Below are positions 37,519 through 47,685 of a stretch of DNA of 64,000 nucleotides, piece after piece; the stretch's first letter is position 1, and each line of letters begins with the position of its first letter. Both the position numbers and the translations under genes were made by a program. The DNA lies in the IMG/VR virus record IMGVR_UViG_3300032138_000647, positions 57,808 to 121,807 of that record; one strand, 5' to 3'. Source of the DNA: a virus. Taxonomy: Duplodnaviria > Caudoviricetes. A model generated the notes under the pieces. The model saw only the letters and a list, made by a program, of their open reading frames with translations, was not told the origin of the DNA and did no database searches.

Positions 37519-38730
37519 TTAGAATAGTTCTTTTATGATTCTTCCTGAGTTTGCGATCTTCATAGGGCGACCACTGTTGCTGGTGAACGTTGTCTGCAAT
37601 GAAATGCCGAGTGCGTTACAGACGGAAGCCATAACATCTTGTGAAGAATAGGGTGTCGTTTCAACGCTAGTGCCATCAGGGCTGGTGGCTCCGACAGCCG
37701 TTCCCCCATTGATACCTCCTCCTCCAACAACAACGCTCCAGCTTCTAGCCCAGTGATCTCGCCCAGCATTCCCATTGATGCGAGGAGTACGGCTGAATTC
37801 ACCCATCCAGATAATCACGGTGTCCTTTAAGGTTCCTCTTTGTTCAAGGTCTTCTACTAAAGCACTCATCCCCTGATCTAACATGGGGAGCTTGGTGTCT
37901 TTAAGGGTTGGGAAAATGTTTTGATGATTATCCCAACCTCCAAGCCCCACTTCTATAAAGGGAACGCCAGCTTCAACTAATCGCCTAGCCATTAAGCATC
38001 CCTTTCCAAAACTATTGTCTCCGTATCTTTGTCGTACAGATTCAGATTCTTCAGCGACTTTCGTAGCGCCCATCTGTTTGCTGGTTAGAACATCAAATGT
38101 TTTTTTCAATACTTTCTGATGTTCCTTGGGCATTGAACCCCTGTTAGAATTTATAAAATTATTTTCCAGCATATCTAGCGTTTGCATACGTTGGTAAAAT
38201 CTCTGGTCTATCTTCATGTTTAGATTTCTAATCCTACCATCGCTGTTTACAACAAATGGTGCATACTGAGCGCCCAAAAAACCAGCCCCCATGCTGCCCC
38301 CGTTGACGGAAAAGAACTGAGGTATTTTTATATCCTCATTCTCAAGCTGGTTGGAAATCACAGATCCATAGCTGGGATGATCAATGGTTTGACTGGGAAC
38401 ATACCCCGTATGCATGTAGTAACGGCCTCTGGTATGATCTGCTTCCCGTGTGCTCATAGACCGAATGATTGCCATGTTGTGCATCTGCTTCGCCATCAAG
38501 GGCATGTGCTCGCAGATCTGCACGTCTCCACTGGTAGACATCTCTTTAAATGGGCCACCAGTAGCGGCCTCGGGTTTTAAATCCCAGATGTCCATCGTAG
38601 ATGGGCCACCGCTCATCCATAAAAGTATGGCCGACTTACCATTCTTTTTAATCTCCTCTTGGTTTGCGTTAAGGGCTTGCGTTAAACCTAAGACGCTAGC
38701 TGTGGTAGTTAGGAAGTCCCTTCTTCTCAC
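37519..38730 (-). CDS. DUF1501 family protein with Tat-like signal
   Basis: RRRDFL, GGPS..D.WDLKP, IIRSM, PSYGS, CLMARRLVEAGV, GWD.H, GEFSRTP, GRDHW. Confidence 0.9.
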   Translation of the reverse strand: MRRRDFLTTTASVLGLTQALNANQEEIKKNGKSAILLWMSGGPSTMDIWDLKPEAATGGPFKEMSTSGDVQICEHMPLMAKQMHNMAIIRSMSTREADHTRGRYYMHTGYVPSQTIDHPSYGSVISNQLENEDIKIPQFFSVNGGSMGAGFLGAQYAPFVVNSDGRIRNLNMKIDQRFYQRMQTLDMLENNFINSNRGSMPKEHQKVLKKTFDVLTSKQMGATKVAEESESVRQRYGDNSFGKGCLMARRLVEAGVPFIEVGLGGWDNHQNIFPTLKDTKLPMLDQGMSALVEDLEQRGTLKDTVIIWMGEFSRTPRINGNAGRDHWARSWSVVVGGGGINGGTAVGATSPDGTSVETTPYSSQDVMASVCNALGISLQTTFTSNSGRPMKIANSGRIIKELF

Positions 38731-39974
38731 AGTATTACCTTTCCTTCTCCCTCAAGCAGATATCGTGGACGACCACCTGTGTCTGTCCTCTGGATTTCCT
38801 TGGGAATACCGAAATGGTCAAACAGGGTGGCGGCTACGTCTATTGGCCCAACCTTGTCTTCAGTTGGTACATAAGCTTTGTCAGCTTTGCCAATGACTCG
38901 ACCATGATTATATGCTCCACCAGATAGCAGCATGGGAGTAATTGAAGGCCAGTGGTCACGCCCAGAGTTGCCGTTGAGTCTAGTTCTTCCAAACTCACCC
39001 GTAACTACCAATAGTGTATTTTCAGACATGCCACTCTGGTATATATCCTTAACAAAGGCAGAAAGAGCCTTATCAAGAGGGGGGATCTTGCCCGCTAGCG
39101 CATTCTTTATGTTGCTATGCATATCCCAGCCACCGTAGTGAACCGTAACGAACTTGGTGCCAAACTGAGAAAGCCTGCGAGCCAGCAGCATCTGGTCGCC
39201 AATCCCTCCCTTACCATACATTTCCCGCATGGCTTCAGGTTCTTGGTCGAGATCGAATGCGTCCTTGGCATTTCCAAGGATAACATTGTATGCAGTGTTG
39301 CCGATCTTGGTAAACGAATCCGCGTCTTTAGAGCGAATCTTGTCTAGGTTGTCTAGGGAACTTAGTAAACCCTTTCTTTCCTCAAAGCGAGCAATGGGAA
39401 TTCTAGGAGTTAAGTTATCTTTATTGGATGGGTCAAAGGGCTTGTGTGCCCCGCCCAGAAATGTTGGTTGTTCACCTTCGATCTTACCTTGCTTTACGTA
39501 GGCTGGCATACCATTTGTTGGATGGTTAGAACCAAATACCGCAGAGGCGATAGCGCCATGGCCCGGATACTCAGAGTCAGCGGTGTTCTCTCTCTTGGGA
39601 TTGCGGTGGCCAGTCATCATCCAGTGTGTGGCCTGCCTGTGAGAAGAGTCTCCATGAGAGAAAGAGTTGACAGCCGTAAGGTGATCTCCCTGCTGTATCA
39701 ATTCTTTAAATAAACCACCAAAAGCAAGGCCATTCTTGTGCGTTACTGCCCCTGTTACTGGCCTATGTGTGTCTGGAACCGTGTCTGTGGGGGCGTGGAA
39801 GGTCTCAAACTGTGTTGGCCCTCCACCTAACCAAACCCACACGACAGACTTGTCGCTTGGAAGAACGAATTCTTCTTCCGCAAAGGCTTCGTCAGAAAAA
39901 GGCAGGACACCTAGTCCTGCGCCAAGACCACCAACTCTTAGAAAATCGCGTCTGTTGAAATCAAGATCCAGCAT
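38727..39974 (-). CDS. DUF1501 family protein with Tat-like signal
   Basis: NRRDFLRVG, GGPTQFETF, LLARRL, GGWDMH, GEFGRT, GRDHW. Confidence 0.9.
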   Translation of the reverse strand: MLDLDFNRRDFLRVGGLGAGLGVLPFSDEAFAEEEFVLPSDKSVVWVWLGGGPTQFETFHAPTDTVPDTHRPVTGAVTHKNGLAFGGLFKELIQQGDHLTAVNSFSHGDSSHRQATHWMMTGHRNPKRENTADSEYPGHGAIASAVFGSNHPTNGMPAYVKQGKIEGEQPTFLGGAHKPFDPSNKDNLTPRIPIARFEERKGLLSSLDNLDKIRSKDADSFTKIGNTAYNVILGNAKDAFDLDQEPEAMREMYGKGGIGDQMLLARRLSQFGTKFVTVHYGGWDMHSNIKNALAGKIPPLDKALSAFVKDIYQSGMSENTLLVVTGEFGRTRLNGNSGRDHWPSITPMLLSGGAYNHGRVIGKADKAYVPTEDKVGPIDVAATLFDHFGIPKEIQRTDTGGRPRYLLEGEGKVIL

Positions 39975-40003
39975 GACTCCCTCCCTAAAACCTAATTATA
40001 ATT

Positions 40004-41026
40004 TTAACCCGGAGCGTTGTAGTATCCAATACTAAAGCCCTCTTTTGTGCACTCTTTTACGGTCTTATCCATGCCGTGTTCTTTAAGGTGCTCCTCTATA
40101 TATATACACATATTCTTGTCTGTTCCCGGCCAGTTATTCTTGAAATAGTGACATAGCTTAGTGCATTTCCAATGATTTCTCTTATGAGATAGCGGTCTGG
40201 GACTGTTGTTAGCTTTAATGGATTCAAACGTCTGCTTAAGCATCCCCAAGAACTTCTCTTCATCCTTTTTATCAAAGCACATTGAAAAGGGGCCGCCATC
40301 CTTAACGTAAAAAATTGTCATTATGGACTGGTCATATTCAGGGAAAGTCTTAGATATGGCGTAATTATACAGCAATAGCTGTGGGTCTACCTGTAGCTTT
40401 TCATAGGTCTTCTCTTCCCCTGTTACCCAATCGAGTCTTCGACCAGTCTTCCAGTCAATCACCTCTATTATACCATCGTTTGTCTCAGTTACAAGGTCTA
40501 TTGTTCCTTTTATGGCAAGGTTTCCTGAGACTTTTTCCCCATTAGGCAGTTCGTATTCATATTTTGCCCAATCCTCTTCTATTAGGATGTCAAAATGAGG
40601 CTCAGACGCTACCACGTTTCTGGTTCTTGGGTCAAACTGCCCATTGTTGTACTGCAAGGCGTCCCACGATAGGTTAACGCATGTCTTCCTGTCTTTTTCT
40701 GTGAATTTATTTTTAGAATGTTTGACATAATGATCAAAGCTTCTATCGGCAATTTCCACGACAGAGAAATCTTCCATGAATTGATCAACGTGAATCTTCA
40801 CTTCTCCCAAGGCATCATCTTCTATCTTGAGATACTTTCTCTTGGGGTTGTCCTGCTGGAATTTTTTGAGCGAAGCCAGAACTTCCATAACCTTGTGGAC
40901 AATGGTTCCTAGCTCTGCCTTCTTGCCGCTGTCTGATTGATGCCCTAACACGTATGTTAAAAAGTATTGCATCTGACAAAAAGAGTAGTTATTATAGCTA
41001 GAGCTTCTGATATATGTTACGAGCAT
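40004..41026 (-). CDS. Cas4/RecB-like PD-(D/E)XK exonuclease
   Basis: SS...C..QY, GTIVH, E, GTIDL, IDWKTG, QL.LY, C-terminal C...C...C. Confidence 0.85.
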   Translation of the reverse strand: MLVTYIRSSSYNNYSFCQMQYFLTYVLGHQSDSGKKAELGTIVHKVMEVLASLKKFQQDNPKRKYLKIEDDALGEVKIHVDQFMEDFSVVEIADRSFDHYVKHSKNKFTEKDRKTCVNLSWDALQYNNGQFDPRTRNVVASEPHFDILIEEDWAKYEYELPNGEKVSGNLAIKGTIDLVTETNDGIIEVIDWKTGRRLDWVTGEEKTYEKLQVDPQLLLYNYAISKTFPEYDQSIMTIFYVKDGGPFSMCFDKKDEEKFLGMLKQTFESIKANNSPRPLSHKRNHWKCTKLCHYFKNNWPGTDKNMCIYIEEHLKEHGMDKTVKECTKEGFSIGYYNAPG

Positions 41027-41034
41027 GAGGTGTC

Positions 41035-41760
41035 CTATGATAAGAATATGGTTTGGTAAGCGGCGTCCACGCTTTTAAGGGTGTCCTCTAGAGAGCCGTC
41101 GTTTTCAATAATACAATCAAAGTTGTTCCAATCAAAATTATCTTCGTCTAACCCGCACTCGCTAGCATGACTGTCTTTGCGAGTATTGCGAGTCAGCCTA
41201 ATTACCTTGCCTCCAGCGTCTTGGATCGCTTTAACCTCATTCGGGAATCTCACGTCTGGAACAATGGCTAAATCAGATTGCTCTGAAAGTATTCTGTTGA
41301 TGGCGTGGTTCACATGCACAGGTTCATGAATCTCACGCATGACATCTGTGCCAAAATATTGCATGAACTCTCTGGCGGTCATGAGTTTCCCCGTGTCGGG
41401 GTGCTTGAGCGCCGTGGGGGTGTTCTTTTGCTTGTCTGTACCGTACACCTGTTCCGGCTTAAGGCCAAAGAATTCAACGCACAGGCTTTTAAGACCATCA
41501 GCAAAGCTATACATCTTTATGTGTGGCCAAATGTTATACTCAGCATAGTTGACAAAATCTACATCCGTTCTAGTGACATCAAACTCTCCCCAATCCTCCC
41601 AACCGGAAGAGTCAGAGGTTAGGATGCACAGCCTTCCCGACTTGTCGATACGGAAATCCTTTGCAAGCTTCATCTTAGCGATCACCAATCCGTGGATGTA
41701 ATTAGCCGCCGTGTTCTTGCCCGACTGTTTCTTTCCTGATATTCCTAGTATGTTAGCCAT
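41035..41760 (-). CDS. Deoxynucleoside monophosphate kinase
   Basis: GISGKKQSGKNT, SFAD.LK, RE.MQ..GT, DVRFPNE, HASE. Confidence 0.88.
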   Translation of the reverse strand: MANILGISGKKQSGKNTAANYIHGLVIAKMKLAKDFRIDKSGRLCILTSDSSGWEDWGEFDVTRTDVDFVNYAEYNIWPHIKMYSFADGLKSLCVEFFGLKPEQVYGTDKQKNTPTALKHPDTGKLMTAREFMQYFGTDVMREIHEPVHVNHAINRILSEQSDLAIVPDVRFPNEVKAIQDAGGKVIRLTRNTRKDSHASECGLDEDNFDWNNFDCIIENDGSLEDTLKSVDAAYQTIFLS

Positions 41761-42788
41761 TAAAACTTACCCCTAACTTGCGATAATATATCTGAACGAA
41801 GCTTCTCCACCGACATTTCACCGATGTCCTTGTGGGACATGCGAGGAAAGGCTAGGTTGAACATCCTGCCTAGCTGCCTTTGTATTTCCGTTTTAGATTC
41901 TCTTCCTGCTTGGTCATTGTCTGTAAGCACGACCAGAGTTGTAATCCCACTCTGCATTAGCTTAGCCTTCTGATCAATGCTTAAAGATTTTCCAAAAATG
42001 CTGACTGCGTTATGTACGCCAGCCTCAAAGAGTCTCCACACGTCACCCTGTCCCTCTGTAATAAATAAGCAGGACTTACTTTCTGCTGTCTCAATTGCTC
42101 GGTGGTAGTTGTATAAAAAATACCTTTTGTCAAACCCCTTGGTAAACAGAAACTTTGGCCTGAGATAGTCTTTGGTAGCTCTTCCAAGGTAGGCGACAAC
42201 TTCTGAGCCGTTGCTATTGTGTATGGGTATGATTGCTCTCTGATACATAGAAGATGACTTGTCTGTGCAGTCTCCAACGCCGAAGTTAAGTAGCGTCTCT
42301 TCTTTGAATCCACGATGAGTAAAGTAATCGGAAGGGTTTATCAAATTATACCCATCCAAGGCAGGTGTCGGTGGATTATTATGTGAAAAACTTTCAAAAT
42401 TCTGTGAAAAAATACTCACCAGCTTAACAAAGTCACTAGGCTCTTCTGCCTTAACCACCTTTATGTTCTTGCTGTCTATATTAAGAATGTTGCATACCCA
42501 AACCAGAGCTTCCTTGAAGCTTGCCTCTTTGCCATTTCTCTTGGTTAATACTCCCTGCGTCAGCCCAAAGATATCATTGCTGTAGCTATGCTGACAGTCC
42601 CTAGTCCAGCAGCGCCATATCTGCTTGTCTAAAGATAGAGAGAAAGCCCTCTGGTTATCACTACCCTCATGAATTGGACATGTAGAATATATATTATCAC
42701 CAACCACTTCGTATTTCATATCTAAGTTACTAAGTATCAATTCGATTTCGTTAAACGCAACCGACTTAACCTTCTTCAAGTCCATCAT
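41760..42788 (-). CDS. dnaG: DNA primase (CHC2 Zn finger plus TOPRIM)
   Basis: CPIH...CWT..C, R.IIPI, GR, TEGQGD, DND.AG, KD. Confidence 0.88.
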   Translation of the reverse strand: MMDLKKVKSVAFNEIELILSNLDMKYEVVGDNIYSTCPIHEGSDNQRAFSLSLDKQIWRCWTRDCQHSYSNDIFGLTQGVLTKRNGKEASFKEALVWVCNILNIDSKNIKVVKAEEPSDFVKLVSIFSQNFESFSHNNPPTPALDGYNLINPSDYFTHRGFKEETLLNFGVGDCTDKSSSMYQRAIIPIHNSNGSEVVAYLGRATKDYLRPKFLFTKGFDKRYFLYNYHRAIETAESKSCLFITEGQGDVWRLFEAGVHNAVSIFGKSLSIDQKAKLMQSGITTLVVLTDNDQAGRESKTEIQRQLGRMFNLAFPRMSHKDIGEMSVEKLRSDILSQVRGKF

Positions 42789-44226
42789 TAGCAATCTCTT
42801 CGAGGTTATTTTGACTTATAAAACCAGTGTCACCAGACGGTTGGTTCTTAAACTCGTTTCTGGTTTTGAGTTCTAGAAGCTTGGCATACTCGCCAACCAT
42901 GTCCATGTTAATGTAGTCACCATCGTTTAACCCAGCACCGTGGCGGGAAACGACAGGAACCAGCTTTCTGTTTCCAGCTTTTGATCCGTCCTCAGCAAGC
43001 TCTTCGGCTGACTTCTGCTTGAAGATACTGAATGATGTGCAGAGCCAAATCAATCTATCAGAGCCACTAACGGTGTCGGTACTCTCTTTCGTTATGCCGT
43101 CCCTGTTGAGTTGCACAAAAGAAAGGCATGGGAAATCATACTTGACACACAGGTTATGCAGGGCTGTGATTTGAAAACCGAGGGCTTGATACTCCTGTAT
43201 GTTGTGGGTTATAGAGTTAGAAGACATGAGCTTTAGGTAATCGTAAACTACAACGCAGTCGTTGGTTCGGCCATTTTCGTCTGTGCCCACCTCTTGTAGG
43301 AGCCACCTTTTTATTAAGCCTAGTATCTGCTCAAATGGTCTTCCTGCCACGGAGGTGTAGCTATAGGGGATGGACTCTATATGTTCTACAGCGGCCTGAA
43401 CTTTTTCCAGCTTATCATCATCGTCAGAAAATTGTCCAGTCGCAATATCATTGATTGGTATACCGCTTAGGTTGGCAATGATTCTGTTAAGGTGGTCTTC
43501 CTTGGACATTTCGGTGTCTAGCATTAAGACTGGTATGCCGTTGGACGCCACGTGCATAGCAACGTTGTCAGCGAATACGCTCTTTCCCACCTTGGGTCTG
43601 GCTGAAACTAGATCTACGCACTTCCTGCGCAATCCACCACCTATTGAGACATCAAAGCGATGGAAGCCAGTTGATACACCTACTAGGTCGCACTTGTTTT
43701 CTTGTAAAAAATCAAGGTAGTCTCTTGCGCCTTCTCCTATTTTTTCTGGCCTGTCTCCACCGTCATCCTCCCTCAGAAAATCCATAAGGGGACTTTCAAC
43801 CATGGATATGATTTCATCCACGGATTCCCCGCCCTTGATCTCTCCTGCGGACTTAGACATCTTGCTTGCCAGAGATTTAATTTTCCTAGCAAGCTCAAAC
43901 TTTTTAATCTGCGCAGCAAAGCTGGGTATGTTTTCTTTCTTTACGGGAAAGTCAAACAGGGACTTGATGTACTGAAGCTCTTGTTTGCTGTTCACGACTT
44001 CAGCAAAGTTTAGCTGAGAAGCTGCCGATAGAATGGCAGGCACGTCTACCTCAAGGCCGTCTTCTATTACTTTTGATACACACTTGTAGAGTATCTGGTT
44101 GTTGGAATTACCAAACGTATTGTGATCAATAATGTCAGAGATTTCAACGTAAACATCTACCCCGTGTTTAAATAACCCAGCGAGGATGGCACGTTCTGCT
44201 CCGATATCGGACAGATTAGAGTTCAT
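42766..44226 (-). CDS. dnaB: Replicative DNA helicase
   Basis: AE.A.L N-domain, STGF, ARPKVGKS, EM, DYL.LM, QLNR. Start refined to MNSN at 44226. Confidence 0.9.
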   Translation of the reverse strand: MNSNLSDIGAERAILAGLFKHGVDVYVEISDIIDHNTFGNSNNQILYKCVSKVIEDGLEVDVPAILSAASQLNFAEVVNSKQELQYIKSLFDFPVKKENIPSFAAQIKKFELARKIKSLASKMSKSAGEIKGGESVDEIISMVESPLMDFLREDDGGDRPEKIGEGARDYLDFLQENKCDLVGVSTGFHRFDVSIGGGLRRKCVDLVSARPKVGKSVFADNVAMHVASNGIPVLMLDTEMSKEDHLNRIIANLSGIPINDIATGQFSDDDDKLEKVQAAVEHIESIPYSYTSVAGRPFEQILGLIKRWLLQEVGTDENGRTNDCVVVYDYLKLMSSNSITHNIQEYQALGFQITALHNLCVKYDFPCLSFVQLNRDGITKESTDTVSGSDRLIWLCTSFSIFKQKSAEELAEDGSKAGNRKLVPVVSRHGAGLNDGDYINMDMVGEYAKLLELKTRNEFKNQPSGDTGFISQNNLEEIANDGLEEG

Positions 44227-44230
44227 CCTA

Positions 44231-44593
44231 CTACCTTCCGGTGCATTTGTTACATCTATAGTACTCGCCGTATTGGTAACGCGGGTCAGCCTTGAAGCTT
44301 TTCCCACACACGTGACACTCTACAGCTTCTTTTTTGGGCGCTGCTCTACGCCTAGGTGTCCTTTCTACATCTGGAGTGGTAATCTCCTTGAATTCTCCTG
44401 TGTCTACCCACTCATTTTTTCCGCCCTTCACGGTAGTTCTCCTTTTGGTTTCTTTAATTTTTCTGTTAACCTTAAACTCTTTGTTTACCTCTACGGGTTC
44501 TTTGTCGCTTGCAGGAAGGTCAGACCCAAGTAATTTCTTAAGGTCTTCCTTTTGATTATCATCTAGGGATTCTATAAATTCTTTCATACTCAT
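44231..44593 (-). CDS. Hypothetical protein with C-terminal Zn ribbon
   Basis: CHVC...CNKC. Confidence 0.6.
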   Translation of the reverse strand: MSMKEFIESLDDNQKEDLKKLLGSDLPASDKEPVEVNKEFKVNRKIKETKRRTTVKGGKNEWVDTGEFKEITTPDVERTPRRRAAPKKEAVECHVCGKSFKADPRYQYGEYYRCNKCTGR

Positions 44594-45075
44594 AATCTTT
44601 TAGCCTTTTCAAGTAGTATATCGCCTTTACGTTTAAGTTCGTAAACCTTTCCTTCCAGTGACTGTAGCCTTGCTTCGGCAACGCTACGCATCTGATCGCA
44701 CTTAGCTGCGTAAGAGTTCTCCCTTATTATGCTCTGGCGTTTAACTTCGTGCTTGGTGTATTGGTCAAAGTTGTGGAGGTTCCCAGCTACTAATTTTTCT
44801 AGCTGGTCATTGCACCAATCGAGCACAACTTTATTTTTATTGATTTCATCCTGCGTATAGGATGAATATCCATAAAGGATGTATGCCCGATCAAACAACT
44901 CCTGCTGAGTAAGCCTTTTGATTTTATCCAGAGACATGTTGGCAGCAACCAAGAACTCTTCTCTGAACGAAGCAAACCTAACGTTGGATAGGTCAAGGTA
45001 GTTGTTTATCTGCTCTATGTGTTGAGCTAGGCGGTCACTCGCCTTTAATTGTACGTCGCCAGTCATCATCGCCAT
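44590..45075 (-). CDS. Coiled-coil protein, possibly a UvsY-like recombination mediator
   Basis: All-helical, 161 aa, two genes downstream of recA. The UvsY call rests on context only. Confidence 0.4.
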   Translation of the reverse strand: MAMMTGDVQLKASDRLAQHIEQINNYLDLSNVRFASFREEFLVAANMSLDKIKRLTQQELFDRAYILYGYSSYTQDEINKNKVVLDWCNDQLEKLVAGNLHNFDQYTKHEVKRQSIIRENSYAAKCDQMRSVAEARLQSLEGKVYELKRKGDILLEKAKRL

Positions 45076-45457
45076 CCGAGTATTTAAGGGTTGTCAATTT
45101 AATATTATTCAATTCGCACCAGTCAGCCTTGTCGTCATCCCTATTCATAGACAAAAGATAGTCAGCCATATTCTTGTGAAAGAACGGAGTGAACTCATAA
45201 TGTTGCTGTCCATGCACCTCTATTCCAACTCTGATAACTGGTATAAAAAAGTCTAGGTACAGAACAGACTTCCTATAGGGAAGAGTACTGCCGGGCAGCT
45301 TGACCTCTTCCAGTATCCTGTAGCTATGGTATATTTCTTTCAGAACTTTTCTGGCTCGAAGGTGGTACTTTGATCTCTTTCTCTTGTCGTCTCCATACAC
45401 ATCATACTTGTTTAGGTTCCAGTTGTATTCCCTGCCGTTGAATCCAGTTGCCTTCAA
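45035..45457 (-). CDS. PD-(D/E)XK (Vsr/DUF559-like) endonuclease
   Basis: EE, YLDFFIP...IEVHGQQHY, RD..K..WC. Confidence 0.75.
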   Translation of the reverse strand: MKATGFNGREYNWNLNKYDVYGDDKRKRSKYHLRARKVLKEIYHSYRILEEVKLPGSTLPYRKSVLYLDFFIPVIRVGIEVHGQQHYEFTPFFHKNMADYLLSMNRDDDKADWCELNNIKLTTLKYSDGDDDWRRTIKGE

Positions 45458-46554
45458 AACAACTCCTTGATCTTTTCGTAGATAAAATCTGACATTACTG
45501 GATGTTCATTAAGGAAGTCTGACAGTTTGTTGACACCCTGAAACTTGAAGAATTTTTCTACCTCTTCAGGAGTGTCCCCCACGTTGTTGTCCTTTAGTAG
45601 CTTTGCTACGATGGGATCATCTTTGTTTTCTAGCGCGCATTTTATGGTATACCAAGCTCCAGCAGCCTTGATTAGTCTAAACTCACAGGCTATCTGCACA
45701 ACCTCCTGTATCTCATCTACACCCACTCCATACCGTATCCAACCCTCTGCTGTAGAGTTGGGTGTGCCTCCAGCGTTGGATGTTAATACTTTCCAGTTTG
45801 CTATCTGTCCAATGTGGGGGCCAGTCTCCTTCGGGACTTGCCACCTGCCTCTGTGTGTGATAGCTATGTTGGTTCCTGCTTGGTACTGTATCATGTTTCC
45901 ACCGTCAGTCATTTTGGCTGGTGCCCATCTGCTTCCCCCAGTATTAGCAATGTTATGAAGTATGAAAAGCGCAACGGTCTTGTTCTTTGTGACCTGACCA
46001 CCAATCCTTTTGAGGAACATGGAAAGGAGTCTAGGCAAAGCGTTCCTAACACCAGTCCTGATGAGTCCCTCAAGCTCGTCCTTGGGAACCATGCTGGATA
46101 CGGAGTCAACCACTATGACACATTCTGGATCGTTGTTGATGTAAAACTCTATGATGTTTAGGTAGTCTTCTGCTGACAACACTCTGTCATCGGTAGACTC
46201 AACCACTATGATGTCGTCAGGTCTAAGAGATTTAATGCCTTCAAAGTTTTGAATAGCAAGTCTACCTTCGGTGTTTACATAAACAACCTTTTTGCCAGCC
46301 TGTTGGCACTTGCCAGCAAAGTGCAGGGCTGTGGTTGTCTTGCCGGTCTTGGGATCTCCTGACATTACAACGCAGCTTCCTTCTCGTATCCCTCCGCCTA
46401 GGGCAATGTCAAGTGCCGGTGATACACTTAGCAATCCTAAGCTGGTAAGGTTCTCCAGAACCTCAGTTCCGGGTCGAACCACGTCGCCATAAGTTTCTAT
46501 TATGGTATTGCTGGTTGGATCATCAGTGAATTTAGTTATCTTCTTTTTTGCCAT
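45454..46554 (-). CDS. recA: RecA/UvsX recombinase
   Basis: LDIALGGG, GDPKTGKTT, VVDSV, TDGG, I.YG.G, GAWY, FQG. Confidence 0.9.
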   Translation of the reverse strand: MAKKKITKFTDDPTSNTIIETYGDVVRPGTEVLENLTSLGLLSVSPALDIALGGGIREGSCVVMSGDPKTGKTTTALHFAGKCQQAGKKVVYVNTEGRLAIQNFEGIKSLRPDDIIVVESTDDRVLSAEDYLNIIEFYINNDPECVIVVDSVSSMVPKDELEGLIRTGVRNALPRLLSMFLKRIGGQVTKNKTVALFILHNIANTGGSRWAPAKMTDGGNMIQYQAGTNIAITHRGRWQVPKETGPHIGQIANWKVLTSNAGGTPNSTAEGWIRYGVGVDEIQEVVQIACEFRLIKAAGAWYTIKCALENKDDPIVAKLLKDNNVGDTPEEVEKFFKFQGVNKLSDFLNEHPVMSDFIYEKIKELF

Positions 46555-46981
46555 CTAACTCCCTCAGTTTCTGCAAAGCTGTTTTCTTTCCATAGCTTCG
46601 GCTCCGCCTAGTGGAACCTTCCCCTAACTCTATTGTAGTAGAATTCTGCCCTTGACGCTCAATGATTTTCTGATATTTTTGGATAATTGATCCCAGAGGG
46701 GGATACCGAAGGGAGTACATGCGTCTGCACTCGGGAGAATTGATAGCTTTTACTATCGCCGCTTCGGGATATTTTTTTACGAGACGGTTGGCGAGCACCA
46801 CCTGATGCTGGTAGTGCTTCTGCCATTTCGGTAGGTTCCAGAACTTGTGCGCTTGAGAACCAACGTTCTCCTTCTCTGCCATGCGAGCACACATGACTTC
46901 TGCTACATACTGGGCACAGGTTATATAGTCTCCGCTTGAAGGAGACTTGTACCTACTTTTTTCGGTTGGGTTTTCGGGCAT
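46532..46981 (-). CDS. Hypothetical protein
   Basis: 149-aa ORF overlapping both neighbours. Confidence 0.6.
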   Translation of the reverse strand: MPENPTEKSRYKSPSSGDYITCAQYVAEVMCARMAEKENVGSQAHKFWNLPKWQKHYQHQVVLANRLVKKYPEAAIVKAINSPECRRMYSLRYPPLGSIIQKYQKIIERQGQNSTTIELGEGSTRRSRSYGKKTALQKLRELDGKKEDN

Positions 46982-47393
46982 GATTGTATATTATAGCTTC
47001 TTCAAAACAATTGTCAAGGGTATCTTTTTCTTTTTCTTCTTCAATAAGCTCGGGGAGCAGCCATCGGGACTTGTGTACAGCGCCTTTTTTCATTTTCCCC
47101 ACCGTATAATAATTTCTTGTGATGCCTCCCACCTCCCCCATAATGGATCGCACAAGGTACACTCCTTCAGAACTCTTGGTGTTAGACCTCACAACGTGTG
47201 AGCGGTACTGAAGACGTATAGCTTCTACCGACAGAGACTCTTCTTCACATTTAGACTTGATCTCAAGCCACTTTTTGTAGTCCTTGAAATATATCTCAGA
47301 ACCATCAGAAAGCTCAGAGATAACCCACACCGACTCCTTGTCTTTGCGGTACTCTAGCAGCCATTGATCACGGCTGGTTATGAACTCAGTCAT
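46953..47393 (-). CDS. Hypothetical protein
   Basis: Start refined to MTEF at 47393, overlapping the upstream stop. Confidence 0.6.
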   Translation of the reverse strand: MTEFITSRDQWLLEYRKDKESVWVISELSDGSEIYFKDYKKWLEIKSKCEEESLSVEAIRLQYRSHVVRSNTKSSEGVYLVRSIMGEVGGITRNYYTVGKMKKGAVHKSRWLLPELIEEEKEKDTLDNCFEEAIIYNHARKPNRKK

Positions 47394-47685
47394 TCTTAAT
47401 CCTTGTAACGCAGCTTTTACGAGATCGGTTGCCTTTCTTGGATCTAGTATCGTCGGACATGGCTGAGGCACTTTCGGTCATCAATACCACCCCTTCCCTG
47501 CGGGCCATTAAGCTTCCGCTTTTGGTAGCGGTTGCAGGCTCTCTTTCTACGCACTTGTCTACATACTTCTGTATGGTTACCAGTGGTCGGTCTAGATCCT
47601 TTGCGATATCCTTCACGTCCTTGTCCTTGTATTTTCCTTCTACGTAAAACATTTCGGCTGTTCCTAGTGGTCCTTTTTTAGTCAT
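47386..47685 (-). CDS. Hypothetical HTH-like protein
   Basis: VKDIAKDLDRPLVTIQKYV HTH-like segment. Confidence 0.5.
   Translation of the reverse strand: MTKKGPLGTAEMFYVEGKYKDKDVKDIAKDLDRPLVTIQKYVDKCVEREPATATKSGSLMARREGVVLMTESASAMSDDTRSKKGNRSRKSCVTRIKND

Noticed and set aside
40004-41026. CRISPR-Cas locus suggested by the Cas4-like nuclease
   Set aside because: No other cas genes and no repeat-spacer array seen. Solo Cas4/RecB-like nucleases are common in phage replication modules.
44227-44307. Apparent N-terminal extensions and long overlaps in the ORF track (dnaB, phoH, dut, nrdJ, OCD, FkbM and others)
   Set aside because: They are artefacts of taking the most upstream start. Downstream ATGs with RBSs or stop-start overlaps fit better.
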